Assembly (NCBI GenBank): GCA_001695645.1
Contig: LVZN01000078.1
Location: forward strand, 60,001 to 92,000
Length of the DNA: 32,000 nt
From: Erysipelotrichaceae bacterium MTC7
Lineage (GTDB): Bacteria; Bacillota_I; Bacilli_A; Erysipelotrichales; Erysipelotrichaceae
Reading direction: 5' to 3'
This document shows positions 8,373 through 15,991 of the stretch, piece by piece (positions within the stretch are counted from its first letter, which is position 1; each line of letters starts with the position of its first letter). Position numbers and translations under genes: made by a program. The notes beneath the pieces are model-generated. The model saw nothing but the letters and a program-made list of their open reading frames with translations. It was not told the origin of the DNA and searched no databases.

Positions 8373-8932
8373 GGTTGAAAAAACCATGGTACACATATCT
8401 ATGGATAGCATCAGTTATTTACCTAATGCTTGGATTTGTGAATATCTTGTTTGCCTGGTTAGGGTTGATTTGCTTTACGATACCTTTGTTTATTTCATTT
8501 CGATTTGGAAGTAAAGCCTACTGTAATCATTATTGTGGAAGAGGACAGTTTTTAGAGTTACTTGGGGAAACCTATGGTTTATCAAGAAAACGAGTTCCGC
8601 CAAAGTTTCTTGCAAAAAAATGGTTTCGCTATGGTTTTCTTACCTTCTTCATGCTTATGTTTCTCAATATGTTGTATATCACGTATTTGGTCTTTGCTGG
8701 TCAAGAACTAAATGAAGTTGTAACCTTACTGTGGACCTTTAAAGTTCCATGGGCATGGGGCGTAACTCACATTGTTGCTCCAGGCATTGCGCAATTTGCC
8801 TTCGGGTTTTATAGCGTCATGTTGACGTCAACAATTTTAGGTTTGTTGACGATGTTTATATATCGACCACGTACCTGGTGTGTCTATTGTCCAATGGGGA
8901 CGATGACGCAAATGATTTGTAAAAGAAAATAA
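8366..8932 (+). CDS. Polytopic membrane protein with CxxxC/CxxCP Fe-S-type motifs (NapH/Fer4_5-like 4Fe-4S binding protein)
   Basis: Four or five hydrophobic segments. Motifs YCNHYCGRGQ and WCVYCPMGT. I prefer ATG 8366 (MLRLKKPWYTY), 7 nt after GGAAGAGGAAAG and overlapping the ferredoxin stop, over the track start at 8297, which would run inside the ferredoxin gene. Confidence 0.6.
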   Translation: MLRLKKPWYTYLWIASVIYLMLGFVNILFAWLGLICFTIPLFISFRFGSKAYCNHYCGRGQFLELLGETYGLSRKRVPPKFLAKKWFRYGFLTFFMLMFLNMLYITYLVFAGQELNEVVTLLWTFKVPWAWGVTHIVAPGIAQFAFGFYSVMLTSTILGLLTMFIYRPRTWCVYCPMGTMTQMICKRK

Positions 8933-8939
8933 TGAAAAA

Positions 8940-8965
8940 AATCGCAGTAAAAAGCTGTGATTTTT
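8940..8965 (+). terminator. Terminator of the sulfur operon
   Basis: Stem aatcgcag/ctgtgatt (one G-U pair), 7-nt loop, then TTTTT. Confidence 0.6.
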
Positions 8966-9032
8966 GCGTAAGAAGCAAAAGAATTGCTTATTTTGTACTT
9001 TGTAATATGATGAAGCAAAGGAAGTGATATTT

Positions 9033-9878
9033 ATGGAACGAAAAGTAAAAAAATTAGTACAAGGATACCATACGGTAGATGGTGCAGGTGTGCATCTTGT
9101 CCGTGTGTTAGGAAATACAACAGTTGAGGATTTTGATCCGTTTTTGATGTTGGATTCATTTGACTCTCATAACCCAAAAGATTATATGGAAGGGTTCCCA
9201 TTTCATCCACATCGTGGGATTGAAACGGTAACATACCTAATTAAAGGGGAGATGGAACATGCGGATTCTTTAGGTAATAAAGGTGTCATTCAAAATGGTG
9301 AAAGCCAATGGATGAATGCAGGAAGTGGAATTATGCACCAAGAAATGCCACGACCAGTTGATCAAATCCTTGGACTTCAATTATGGATTAACCTCCCTCA
9401 AAAAGATAAAATGAGTCAACCAACGTATCGTGATATTACCGCAAACGATATTCAAGTTGTACAAGAAGACAAGGCAACGGTACATGTTGTATCTGGTAAC
9501 TACCAAGGGCATCAAGGGGTGGAACCAAAGTACGTGGATGCACAGATCTTCGATGTTGAGTTGCAAGCAAATGCAACCATTGAAATTCCAACCCGAAAAG
9601 AAGATAACGTCTTTATTTTCACGATTGTGAATGGCGTACAAGTTGCTGGTCAAGACATTGCTGCAAAAACAGCTGTACTTTTCAATGAAGGTGATTCAAT
9701 TAAAGTAACTGCCGGTGATGAAGGTGCACGATTTATTTTCTTCGCAGGAAAAAAACTAAATGAATCAGTTGCCTGGGGTGGACCAATTGTTATGAATACG
9801 CGAGCAGAGCTTGAGCATGCCTTTGATGAGTTATCTGATGGGACATTTATCAAACATAATGCAACGCATGTCGCATAA
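9033..9878 (+). CDS. Pirin-family bicupin protein
   Basis: HPHRGIETVTYL, HADSLGNKG and QWMNAGSGIMHQE are the pirin metal-site and cupin strings. ATG 9033 lies 8 nt after AAAGGAAG; the track start GTG 9024 is inside the Shine-Dalgarno. Confidence 0.9.
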   Translation: MERKVKKLVQGYHTVDGAGVHLVRVLGNTTVEDFDPFLMLDSFDSHNPKDYMEGFPFHPHRGIETVTYLIKGEMEHADSLGNKGVIQNGESQWMNAGSGIMHQEMPRPVDQILGLQLWINLPQKDKMSQPTYRDITANDIQVVQEDKATVHVVSGNYQGHQGVEPKYVDAQIFDVELQANATIEIPTRKEDNVFIFTIVNGVQVAGQDIAAKTAVLFNEGDSIKVTAGDEGARFIFFAGKKLNESVAWGGPIVMNTRAELEHAFDELSDGTFIKHNATHVA

Positions 9879-9901
9879 ATAGTAAATAAAACAAAGCTAA
9901 G

Positions 9902-9947
9902 AAAAAACACATAAGATGCATCATCATGCAATCCTATGTGTTTTTTT
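9902..9947. terminator. Bidirectional terminator shared by pirin (+) and the DUF898 gene (-)
   Basis: aaaaaacacata...tatgtgttttttt with an inner gcat/atgc helix. A-tract on one side and T-tract on the other. It abuts the minus-strand stop at 9946-9948. Confidence 0.75.
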
Positions 9948-10248
9948 ATGCAAAATATGTATGGCTTGCTTTCCATTTGCGCAAGGCAATACTAACCCAG
10001 AAACCATAAATTCCCAAGGTAACAATGGTAAGTAGTAACCATTTGATCCAACTGCCAAATAGCCCAACCGCTGTACCATTAAAAGCCAGTCGTTGACCGT
10101 TTACAACCGTGTGTTTGGTCTCCCAGTTGTAAATCATGGTAATCGCCCATGGGGCACAAATGCCTAGTGTAATTGCTGTTACAAATCCACCAAGTAACTT
10201 GTAACCTACAAGCTGTAATAAGCCACCATCAAAATATGAGTCTTTCAT
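9946..10248 (-). CDS. Small DUF898/YjgN-like membrane protein
   Basis: 100 aa. Duplicated TLGI..PW / TLGIYGFW pattern with FNGT between the copies, typical of DUF898. The Shine-Dalgarno GGAGAG lies upstream on the minus strand. Confidence 0.65.
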   Translation of the reverse strand: MKDSYFDGGLLQLVGYKLLGGFVTAITLGICAPWAITMIYNWETKHTVVNGQRLAFNGTAVGLFGSWIKWLLLTIVTLGIYGFWVSIALRKWKASHTYFA

Positions 10249-10379
10249 TCAATTCTCTCCTTTTCCTTTTTTGCATTATAAGCTAATTAGCTGTAACTTA
10301 GAAGTTATATGCCTCATTGGTATAGTTTTTGTGGAAATGCAAGCGTAAATCGTTCATAATGAAGCAAAGTGAGGGATTT

Positions 10380-11312
10380 ATGAAATTAGTACAATTACAT
10401 TATTTTATTACGATTGCCAAAATGAAATCGATTAATCAAGCAGCGCAGGAACTCTATGTGTCACAACCAACATTAACAAGTGCGATACAAGAATTGGAAC
10501 AAGAACTTGGAATTTCGTTGTTTACACGAACGGGAAGAGGTGTTCAATTAACGAATGAAGGTCAAGAGTTTTTAATTTATGTACGTCAACTTTACGGACA
10601 ATACGAGACCATTGTTGATAAATTTGTGTTGAAAGAAAACTATAAAAAGAAGTTTGGTGTTTCCTGTCAACACTATTCGTTTGCGATTAAAGCGTTTGTC
10701 GAGATGGCCAAACAATTTGATATGAACCAGTATGCATTTGCAATTCGCGAAACCAAAACAATGGAGATTATTGATGATGTTAGTTCGCTGAAAAGTGAAG
10801 TTGGAATTTTATTTTTAAATGAATTTAACCGCAAGGTGATGATGCGAAACTTCAATCAAGCACAAGTTGAGTTTCACCCATTAATATGCTGCAAAGCATA
10901 TGTATATTTGTGGAAACATCATCCGCTAGCATCACAGAAATCTATCACGTTTTCACAGTTGAAAGACTATCCATGTTTATCATTTGAACAAGGAGAACAC
11001 CACTCGTTTTATGTTGCAGAGGAGATTCTTGCTGATCATGAATATGCACAAACAATTCGAGTTAATGATCGTTCCACCATGTTGAATCTCATGGTTGGAC
11101 TATCTGGATACACACTTTGTTCAGGTATCATCTGTGAAGAATTGAACGGAACGGATTTTGTGACTGTTGCATACGAAGCAGATGAACAAAATCCCAATAC
11201 GGAAATGGAGATTGGATACATCACCAGAAAGCAAAGTTATTTGTCAGACATGGGAAAAAGTTACATTATCGCGATAAAAAAAGAACTGAATATCGAACAT
11301 ACGGAGTTATAG
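10380..11312 (+). CDS. LysR-family transcriptional regulator (MetR/MtaR/CmbR-like by context)
   Basis: N-terminal HTH MKLVQLHYFITIAKMKSINQAAQELYVSQPTLTSAIQELEQELG. ATG 10380 follows GAGGGA. The track start TTG 10329 adds 17 unlikely residues. Confidence 0.85.
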   Translation: MKLVQLHYFITIAKMKSINQAAQELYVSQPTLTSAIQELEQELGISLFTRTGRGVQLTNEGQEFLIYVRQLYGQYETIVDKFVLKENYKKKFGVSCQHYSFAIKAFVEMAKQFDMNQYAFAIRETKTMEIIDDVSSLKSEVGILFLNEFNRKVMMRNFNQAQVEFHPLICCKAYVYLWKHHPLASQKSITFSQLKDYPCLSFEQGEHHSFYVAEEILADHEYAQTIRVNDRSTMLNLMVGLSGYTLCSGIICEELNGTDFVTVAYEADEQNPNTEMEIGYITRKQSYLSDMGKSYIIAIKKELNIEHTEL

Positions 11313-11324
11313 GTAAAACCTATA
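11308..11324 (+). promoter_or_regulatory. 17-bp palindrome TATAGGTAAAACCTATA, Met-box-like candidate LysR site
   Basis: Perfect 7-bp arms around AAA. It contains T-N11-A and overlaps the LysR stop codon. It resembles the streptococcal MetR/MtaR box TATAGTTtnaAACTATA. Confidence 0.45.
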
Positions 11325-11509
11325 GCTCCATATTATTTTTATGTATTGGGCGGATTTTAAATCACGTGGTAGGCTATTTGTAACAAAGAAAGGGATGACA
11401 CTATGTACAAAATAGCAATCCAAATGAGTTTGAATCGAATGTAGAATCTTGTCTTACCTGTAAACATAGGATGTAAAACAAAAGGATGTAAAACAAGGAG
11501 GAAACATAC

Positions 11510-12814
11510 ATGAAAAAAATTACGGACCCAAAGAATTGGGGATTTGAAACAAAAGAATTACATATCGGACAAGAAACGCCAGATGCGGCTACTGGAGCTA
11601 GAGCAGTCCCGATTTATGCGTCGACATCATTTGTATTTGATGATACACAACACGCAGCGGATCGCTTTGGTTTGCGTGATGCAGGGAATATCTATGGAAG
11701 ACTCACCAATCCAACAAACGATATCTTTGAAAAAAGAATTGCAGCCTTGGAAGGAGGTGTTGGAGCTTTAGCGGTGGCTTCAGGTGCAGCGGCCATTGCC
11801 TATACCATTGAGGCGCTGGCTAAACCAGGAGAACATATCGTAGCAGCGAAGACAATTTACGGAGGGACATACAATTTGCTGGCAAACACATTACCTTTGC
11901 GTAATCAAATTACGACAACCTTCGTTGATCCACAAATTGAAGGAGCATTTGAAAAGGCAATTCAACCAAACACAAAGTTGATCTTTGTGGAAACCTTAGG
12001 AAATCCAAATTCAAACGTTGCTGATATAGAAACACTTGCTAACATTGCCCATGAACATAACATTCCTTTGGTGGTTGATTCTACTTTTGCCACACCATAC
12101 TTGGTGCAACCAATCGCCTATGGTGCAGACATTGTGATTCATTCAGCAACGAAGTTTATTGGTGGACATGGTACAGCCATTGGTGGTGTAATTATCGATG
12201 GCGGAACTTTCGATTGGTCTACGGAAGATAAATATCCATGGATAAGCAAGCCAAATCCAAGTTATCATGGCATCTCATTTCAGCAAGCAGCTGGAGCAGC
12301 GTCGTTTATTACCTATATTCGTGCCATTTTATTACGCGATACAGGAGCGACGTTATCTCCGTTCCACAGTTTTCTATTTCTGCAAGGAATTGAAACATTG
12401 TCTTTGCGGGTGGAACGACATGTTAGTAATGCTTTAAAAGTCGTGGAGTATCTACATCAACATCCCCAAGTAGAAGCGGTTCACCATCCTTCGCTAAAAA
12501 GCGAAGCTACGTACAACCTTTATAACAAATATTTCCCAAAGGGTGGTGGCTCGATTTTCACCTTTGAAATTAAGGGTGATGTATCCGACGCGAAAACGTT
12601 TATCGATAATCTACCAATCTTCTCATTGCTAGCCAATGTGGCGGATGTTAAGTCACTGGTGATTCATCCGGCAAGTACGACTCATGCACAAGCTTCAAGT
12701 GAACAACTACAAGAACAAGGAATCAAAGAAAATACGATTCGCTTGTCCATTGGGATAGAAAAAGTCGAAGACTTAATTCAAGATTTAGAAGTTGGCTTTC
12801 AAGCAATTCGATGA
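11510..12814 (+). CDS. metY: O-acetylhomoserine (thiol)-lyase / sulfhydrylase, PLP-dependent
   Basis: 434 aa. PLP-lysine motif HSATKFIGGHG. The N-terminal ETKELHIGQE..TGARAVPIYASTSF is typical of MetY/CysD. Confidence 0.92.
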   Translation: MKKITDPKNWGFETKELHIGQETPDAATGARAVPIYASTSFVFDDTQHAADRFGLRDAGNIYGRLTNPTNDIFEKRIAALEGGVGALAVASGAAAIAYTIEALAKPGEHIVAAKTIYGGTYNLLANTLPLRNQITTTFVDPQIEGAFEKAIQPNTKLIFVETLGNPNSNVADIETLANIAHEHNIPLVVDSTFATPYLVQPIAYGADIVIHSATKFIGGHGTAIGGVIIDGGTFDWSTEDKYPWISKPNPSYHGISFQQAAGAASFITYIRAILLRDTGATLSPFHSFLFLQGIETLSLRVERHVSNALKVVEYLHQHPQVEAVHHPSLKSEATYNLYNKYFPKGGGSIFTFEIKGDVSDAKTFIDNLPIFSLLANVADVKSLVIHPASTTHAQASSEQLQEQGIKENTIRLSIGIEKVEDLIQDLEVGFQAIR

Positions 12815-12818
12815 CTAC

Positions 12819-12845
12819 ATGCGGGTTTTAATATCCGCATTTTTA
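12819..12845 (+). terminator. Terminator after metY
   Basis: Stem atgcgg/ccgcat, 10-nt loop, then TTTT. Confidence 0.75.
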
Positions 12846-12863
12846 ACTTTTGTTTCATTTGCA

Positions 12864-12893
12864 TAGACAAAAGTTGATAAATTGTCATATAAT
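12864..12893 (+). promoter_or_regulatory. Candidate sigma-A promoter of the pilus operon (TAGACA-N18-TATAAT)
   Basis: Hexamers at 12864-12869 and 12888-12893, about 75 nt upstream of ATG 12969. Confidence 0.45.
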
Positions 12894-12968
12894 AAACTAA
12901 ATCTCAAATAAGTAAAGAATCTAACAGTGCAGGCGAGTATGTGTGTCGTTTAAAGTGTTGGAGGATTT

Positions 12969-15443
12969 ATGAAGGGTTTGCGTATTTTTAACAAACGAAT
13001 CTTACGTGTTGGGCTCGCTTTTTGTCTTTTGATGATAAGTGCGTTTACGGATACTTCGCCAGAACATGTAAGTGAAATCAATACTTTAAATAGCATATCG
13101 ATGGAAGTTCGCGATATGCATTTTTTGCGTCTTCTCCAAGAGCAAAAGGAGGAAGCGCATGTCTTACGGCCAAATGAGTCCTATCAACTTGTGATTGATG
13201 CGATTGCAAAAGTAGAGGTAAGAAATAATGAAGAAAACCAAGTGTTCTCACTTACGTTAAACAACTTTGATGTTTTGCAGTTTTCAAATGATGAAAACAA
13301 TACCTACGAATTGTTGAATCAAAATAAGCAGTGCATTGGTACTTGGTGGTTAACAAACAAAGTAGATCAGTTTTTTATCGAAGGTGAGTTGTTTCGGGAA
13401 TTGCGCAAAGATGAGCACATACAATTTATTTTCCCTGAAATGGTAAGACTCACGAATCCTAAACCTGTGAATACAAAAATATCGTTGGGGGTAGCAGACT
13501 ATTTAAAAACCTACAATATAGAATTACCAGAAACACAGCCATCACAACGGGCAGGACTACACCAATCAACTAAGTATCCTAGTTTGTTTGTCACCTCGAA
13601 AATCGAAGTGAATGGGATAAAGGCGAGCGTTGCTAAACCTGGTGACGAGGTGGAGTTTTTTATCATTGCTACATATGAAGGAAACACTAAGGTGCCCATT
13701 TACTTTAGAGATGAACTCAATATGCTGCAAAATGAAAGTGGTCTTGCTGTATTGGACGATCCATTTGCTACCGCACAGCCGATGGCTAATATCAGTGTGT
13801 TGGTCAACGGTGTTGAAGCAAATACACAGACCTGGTTAGGAAATTTACGTGATGGCTATGTCTATATGGAAATGATTAAGAAAACGGTAGTCGCAATTAG
13901 CTACAAAATCAAGGTAAAAGATGTAAGTGATATACCTATGGACAGTTCGTTGATGCAAGAAGGTAATTTCTTGTTAGAAAGCAAGGTAAGCGTTGAAGAT
14001 ATTCATTTTACCCAAAACTTAGAAATCAAGCTACCAAGACTTACTCCGTGGTTCACGATTGATGATGAAAATGAAAATGATTTTGGTGATCCAGGGGAAA
14101 TATTGCATATTCGAATGGGAATGTACAATCAGGAAGCTACAGTACTTGAACAGATGGTGATAAAAAGCGAGATGGAAACATTGTCGTTGTTTCTTGTTGA
14201 ACCAGAAAGCGTCAAAGTCCATGTATACATCGATTCGTTTTTACAACCACGGAACTACACACTTTTCGATTTGCTTAATGGGACGATCAAAGAAACCCTC
14301 CAACCAAACCAAGATTTAGAAATTTTAGTCGTGTGCAAGCTAAAATCCATGGAAGAGTTTCAAAACCAGGGACTTGAGACTTTTGCGATTACCAAAAACA
14401 AGGCGTATATCGGAAATGTTCGACTGGAAAATCAATTCACAATTGGAAGGTTATACTACTTGGAGGCGAGTGCTAAAAAGCTATGTCTATCCACCTGTCA
14501 AAGCCCAACCGTGTCTCCTGGTGACAAAATTGAATTCACGATGACCCTAACCAATCACGGGAATCAGTCATCGAACAATCATCAATTGCGTATGAACTTT
14601 TTAAACAATATCGAATTCTTTGACTTGGTTAAAAGTGAACAAGAACAACCCATGATCATGTTGCCATTTAATGAAGATGAAAACACGAAAGCGCAAGCGT
14701 TATCCAACCTTTTTTCTTCAGATACTGCAATCCAAGTGGATATACCTCCCGTCACCCAAATGGATGTTTCGTTTAGTTTGTATCTAAAACCATATGCATC
14801 AATTGGTGCATATGATCTTGATAAACTTGCACAAGATTTAAAAAGTGAGCTAGTCACATCGTTTTTACTTGATGAACAAGTAGCGTTTATAAAGCAGGTG
14901 AGCATTCCAGCTGGTAAGCCTTTAGTGGATGTGCAACTGCAAAGGCTTGATACAGCGGAAGATACGGTATTTCCTGGTCAGCGAGTTAGTATGCAAACTG
15001 TGATTACTGGTTTTGATGAAATCGCTAAACAGACGCCACTACAACTAGATGTTTCGGATTTTGCATCCTATGTCAAAGATATAGAGAATGTGCCTGTCAT
15101 GATTACGTATTATGATGCTGATGGAAATTATAGAGAAGTGCAAACCAGTCTTTTAAACTTGCAAGCAGGCGAAGATGATCTGGTCTATCTGCAAGCAAAC
15201 CAACAGGCAACGTTGACGTTTTCCCTTGAGTTTCTCGCCACATTTGCACCGGATGTTGCTCTTACAATGCAAATAGAAGCAAATGGGATACGCGCACAAA
15301 AAACGCTAAGGACAACAAGCAGTATTCCAGAAACAGGATGGGATCGCGGACAGTCTGATCTATTGTGGTGGTTTGTACTGCCAATGTTTGTATGGTGTAG
15401 TTTTTTGCTTATGAGAGGCTACAAAAAGCGGAGGTACAAATGA
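12969..15443 (+). CDS. Large sortase-anchored surface protein with repeated DUF11/CARDB-type Ig-like modules; putative pilus ancillary/tip adhesin
   Basis: Signal peptide MKGLRIFNKRILRVGLAFCLLMISAF. Four module starts: AKPGDEVEFFIIATYEGN, GDPGEILHIRMGMYNQE, VSPGDKIEFTMTLTNHGNQ, VFPGQRVSMQTVITGF. The C-terminal sorting signal is IPETG (15324-15338), then hydrophobic LLWWFVLPMFVWCSFLLM, then RGYKKRRYK. Confidence 0.8.
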   Translation: MKGLRIFNKRILRVGLAFCLLMISAFTDTSPEHVSEINTLNSISMEVRDMHFLRLLQEQKEEAHVLRPNESYQLVIDAIAKVEVRNNEENQVFSLTLNNFDVLQFSNDENNTYELLNQNKQCIGTWWLTNKVDQFFIEGELFRELRKDEHIQFIFPEMVRLTNPKPVNTKISLGVADYLKTYNIELPETQPSQRAGLHQSTKYPSLFVTSKIEVNGIKASVAKPGDEVEFFIIATYEGNTKVPIYFRDELNMLQNESGLAVLDDPFATAQPMANISVLVNGVEANTQTWLGNLRDGYVYMEMIKKTVVAISYKIKVKDVSDIPMDSSLMQEGNFLLESKVSVEDIHFTQNLEIKLPRLTPWFTIDDENENDFGDPGEILHIRMGMYNQEATVLEQMVIKSEMETLSLFLVEPESVKVHVYIDSFLQPRNYTLFDLLNGTIKETLQPNQDLEILVVCKLKSMEEFQNQGLETFAITKNKAYIGNVRLENQFTIGRLYYLEASAKKLCLSTCQSPTVSPGDKIEFTMTLTNHGNQSSNNHQLRMNFLNNIEFFDLVKSEQEQPMIMLPFNEDENTKAQALSNLFSSDTAIQVDIPPVTQMDVSFSLYLKPYASIGAYDLDKLAQDLKSELVTSFLLDEQVAFIKQVSIPAGKPLVDVQLQRLDTAEDTVFPGQRVSMQTVITGFDEIAKQTPLQLDVSDFASYVKDIENVPVMITYYDADGNYREVQTSLLNLQAGEDDLVYLQANQQATLTFSLEFLATFAPDVALTMQIEANGIRAQKTLRTTSSIPETGWDRGQSDLLWWFVLPMFVWCSFLLMRGYKKRRYK

Positions 15444-15979
15444 ATTTGAAACAGACAAAGCAACCTGTGGAGATGCTAGACAAACACGCCACGTTAAAAA
15501 AAGAAGGTTTGCATTTGCTTGTAAAGCTAACATTCATCATCCTAGTTATCACAGGTGTGTTTTCATTTGTTTTTGGTTGGACAAAAGTAAGTGATGACAC
15601 AATGTCTTCAGCACTGCGGCAAGGGGATGTCTTGCTGTATTATCGTTTAGATAAAGATATCCTTGCGGGAGATGTGGTTGTTATCGAGATAAATGATGAT
15701 TTACAAGTGCGAAGAGTTGTTGCAACATCTGGAGATCGTGTAGATATTACAGAGGACGGGTTAATGATCAATGGAGCGTTGCAATTTGAACCAAGTATCA
15801 TAAACGAAACCTTACCTTACGTTGAGGGGATTGTATTTCCATTGACTTTGAAAAAAGACGAAGTATTTTTACTAGCTGACAAGCGCACAGGCGCACAAGA
15901 CAGTAGAAACTACGGAGCAATAAAAATACAGCACATCAAAGGAAAAGTGATACATTTGGTTCGCAGAAATAACATATAG
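15440..15979 (+). CDS. Signal peptidase I (S26) homologue with substituted catalytic dyad; SipA/LepA-like pilus assembly factor
   Basis: N-terminal TM segment, box E ADKRTGAQDSRNYG and box D-like VRRVVATSGD. The ATGA overlap with the adhesin stop puts its Shine-Dalgarno (GCGGAGGT) inside the adhesin gene. Confidence 0.75.
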   Translation: MNLKQTKQPVEMLDKHATLKKEGLHLLVKLTFIILVITGVFSFVFGWTKVSDDTMSSALRQGDVLLYYRLDKDILAGDVVVIEINDDLQVRRVVATSGDRVDITEDGLMINGALQFEPSIINETLPYVEGIVFPLTLKKDEVFLLADKRTGAQDSRNYGAIKIQHIKGKVIHLVRRNNI

Positions 15980-15991
15980 AGGAGAGAAAAA

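Noticed and set aside
9650-9976. 108-aa minus-strand ORF over the pirin 3' end
   Set aside because: It is antisense to pirin and runs through the bidirectional terminator and into the DUF898 gene end. It is implausible.
11325-11509. S-box (SAM-I), SAM-III or T-box leader upstream of metY
   Set aside because: I looked for the conserved cores (S-box GAGGGA...GCAACC type strings, the T-box AGGGTGGNACCGCG) and found none, and there is no terminator/antiterminator pair.
12969-15443. Thioester (Cys-Gln) adhesin domain, as in S. pyogenes Cpa
   Set aside because: The few cysteines (QCIG, LVVCK, LCLSTCQ, the anchor WCSF) are not in a [YFL]C[VIL][DENQ] context, so I cannot support a thioester domain from sequence alone.
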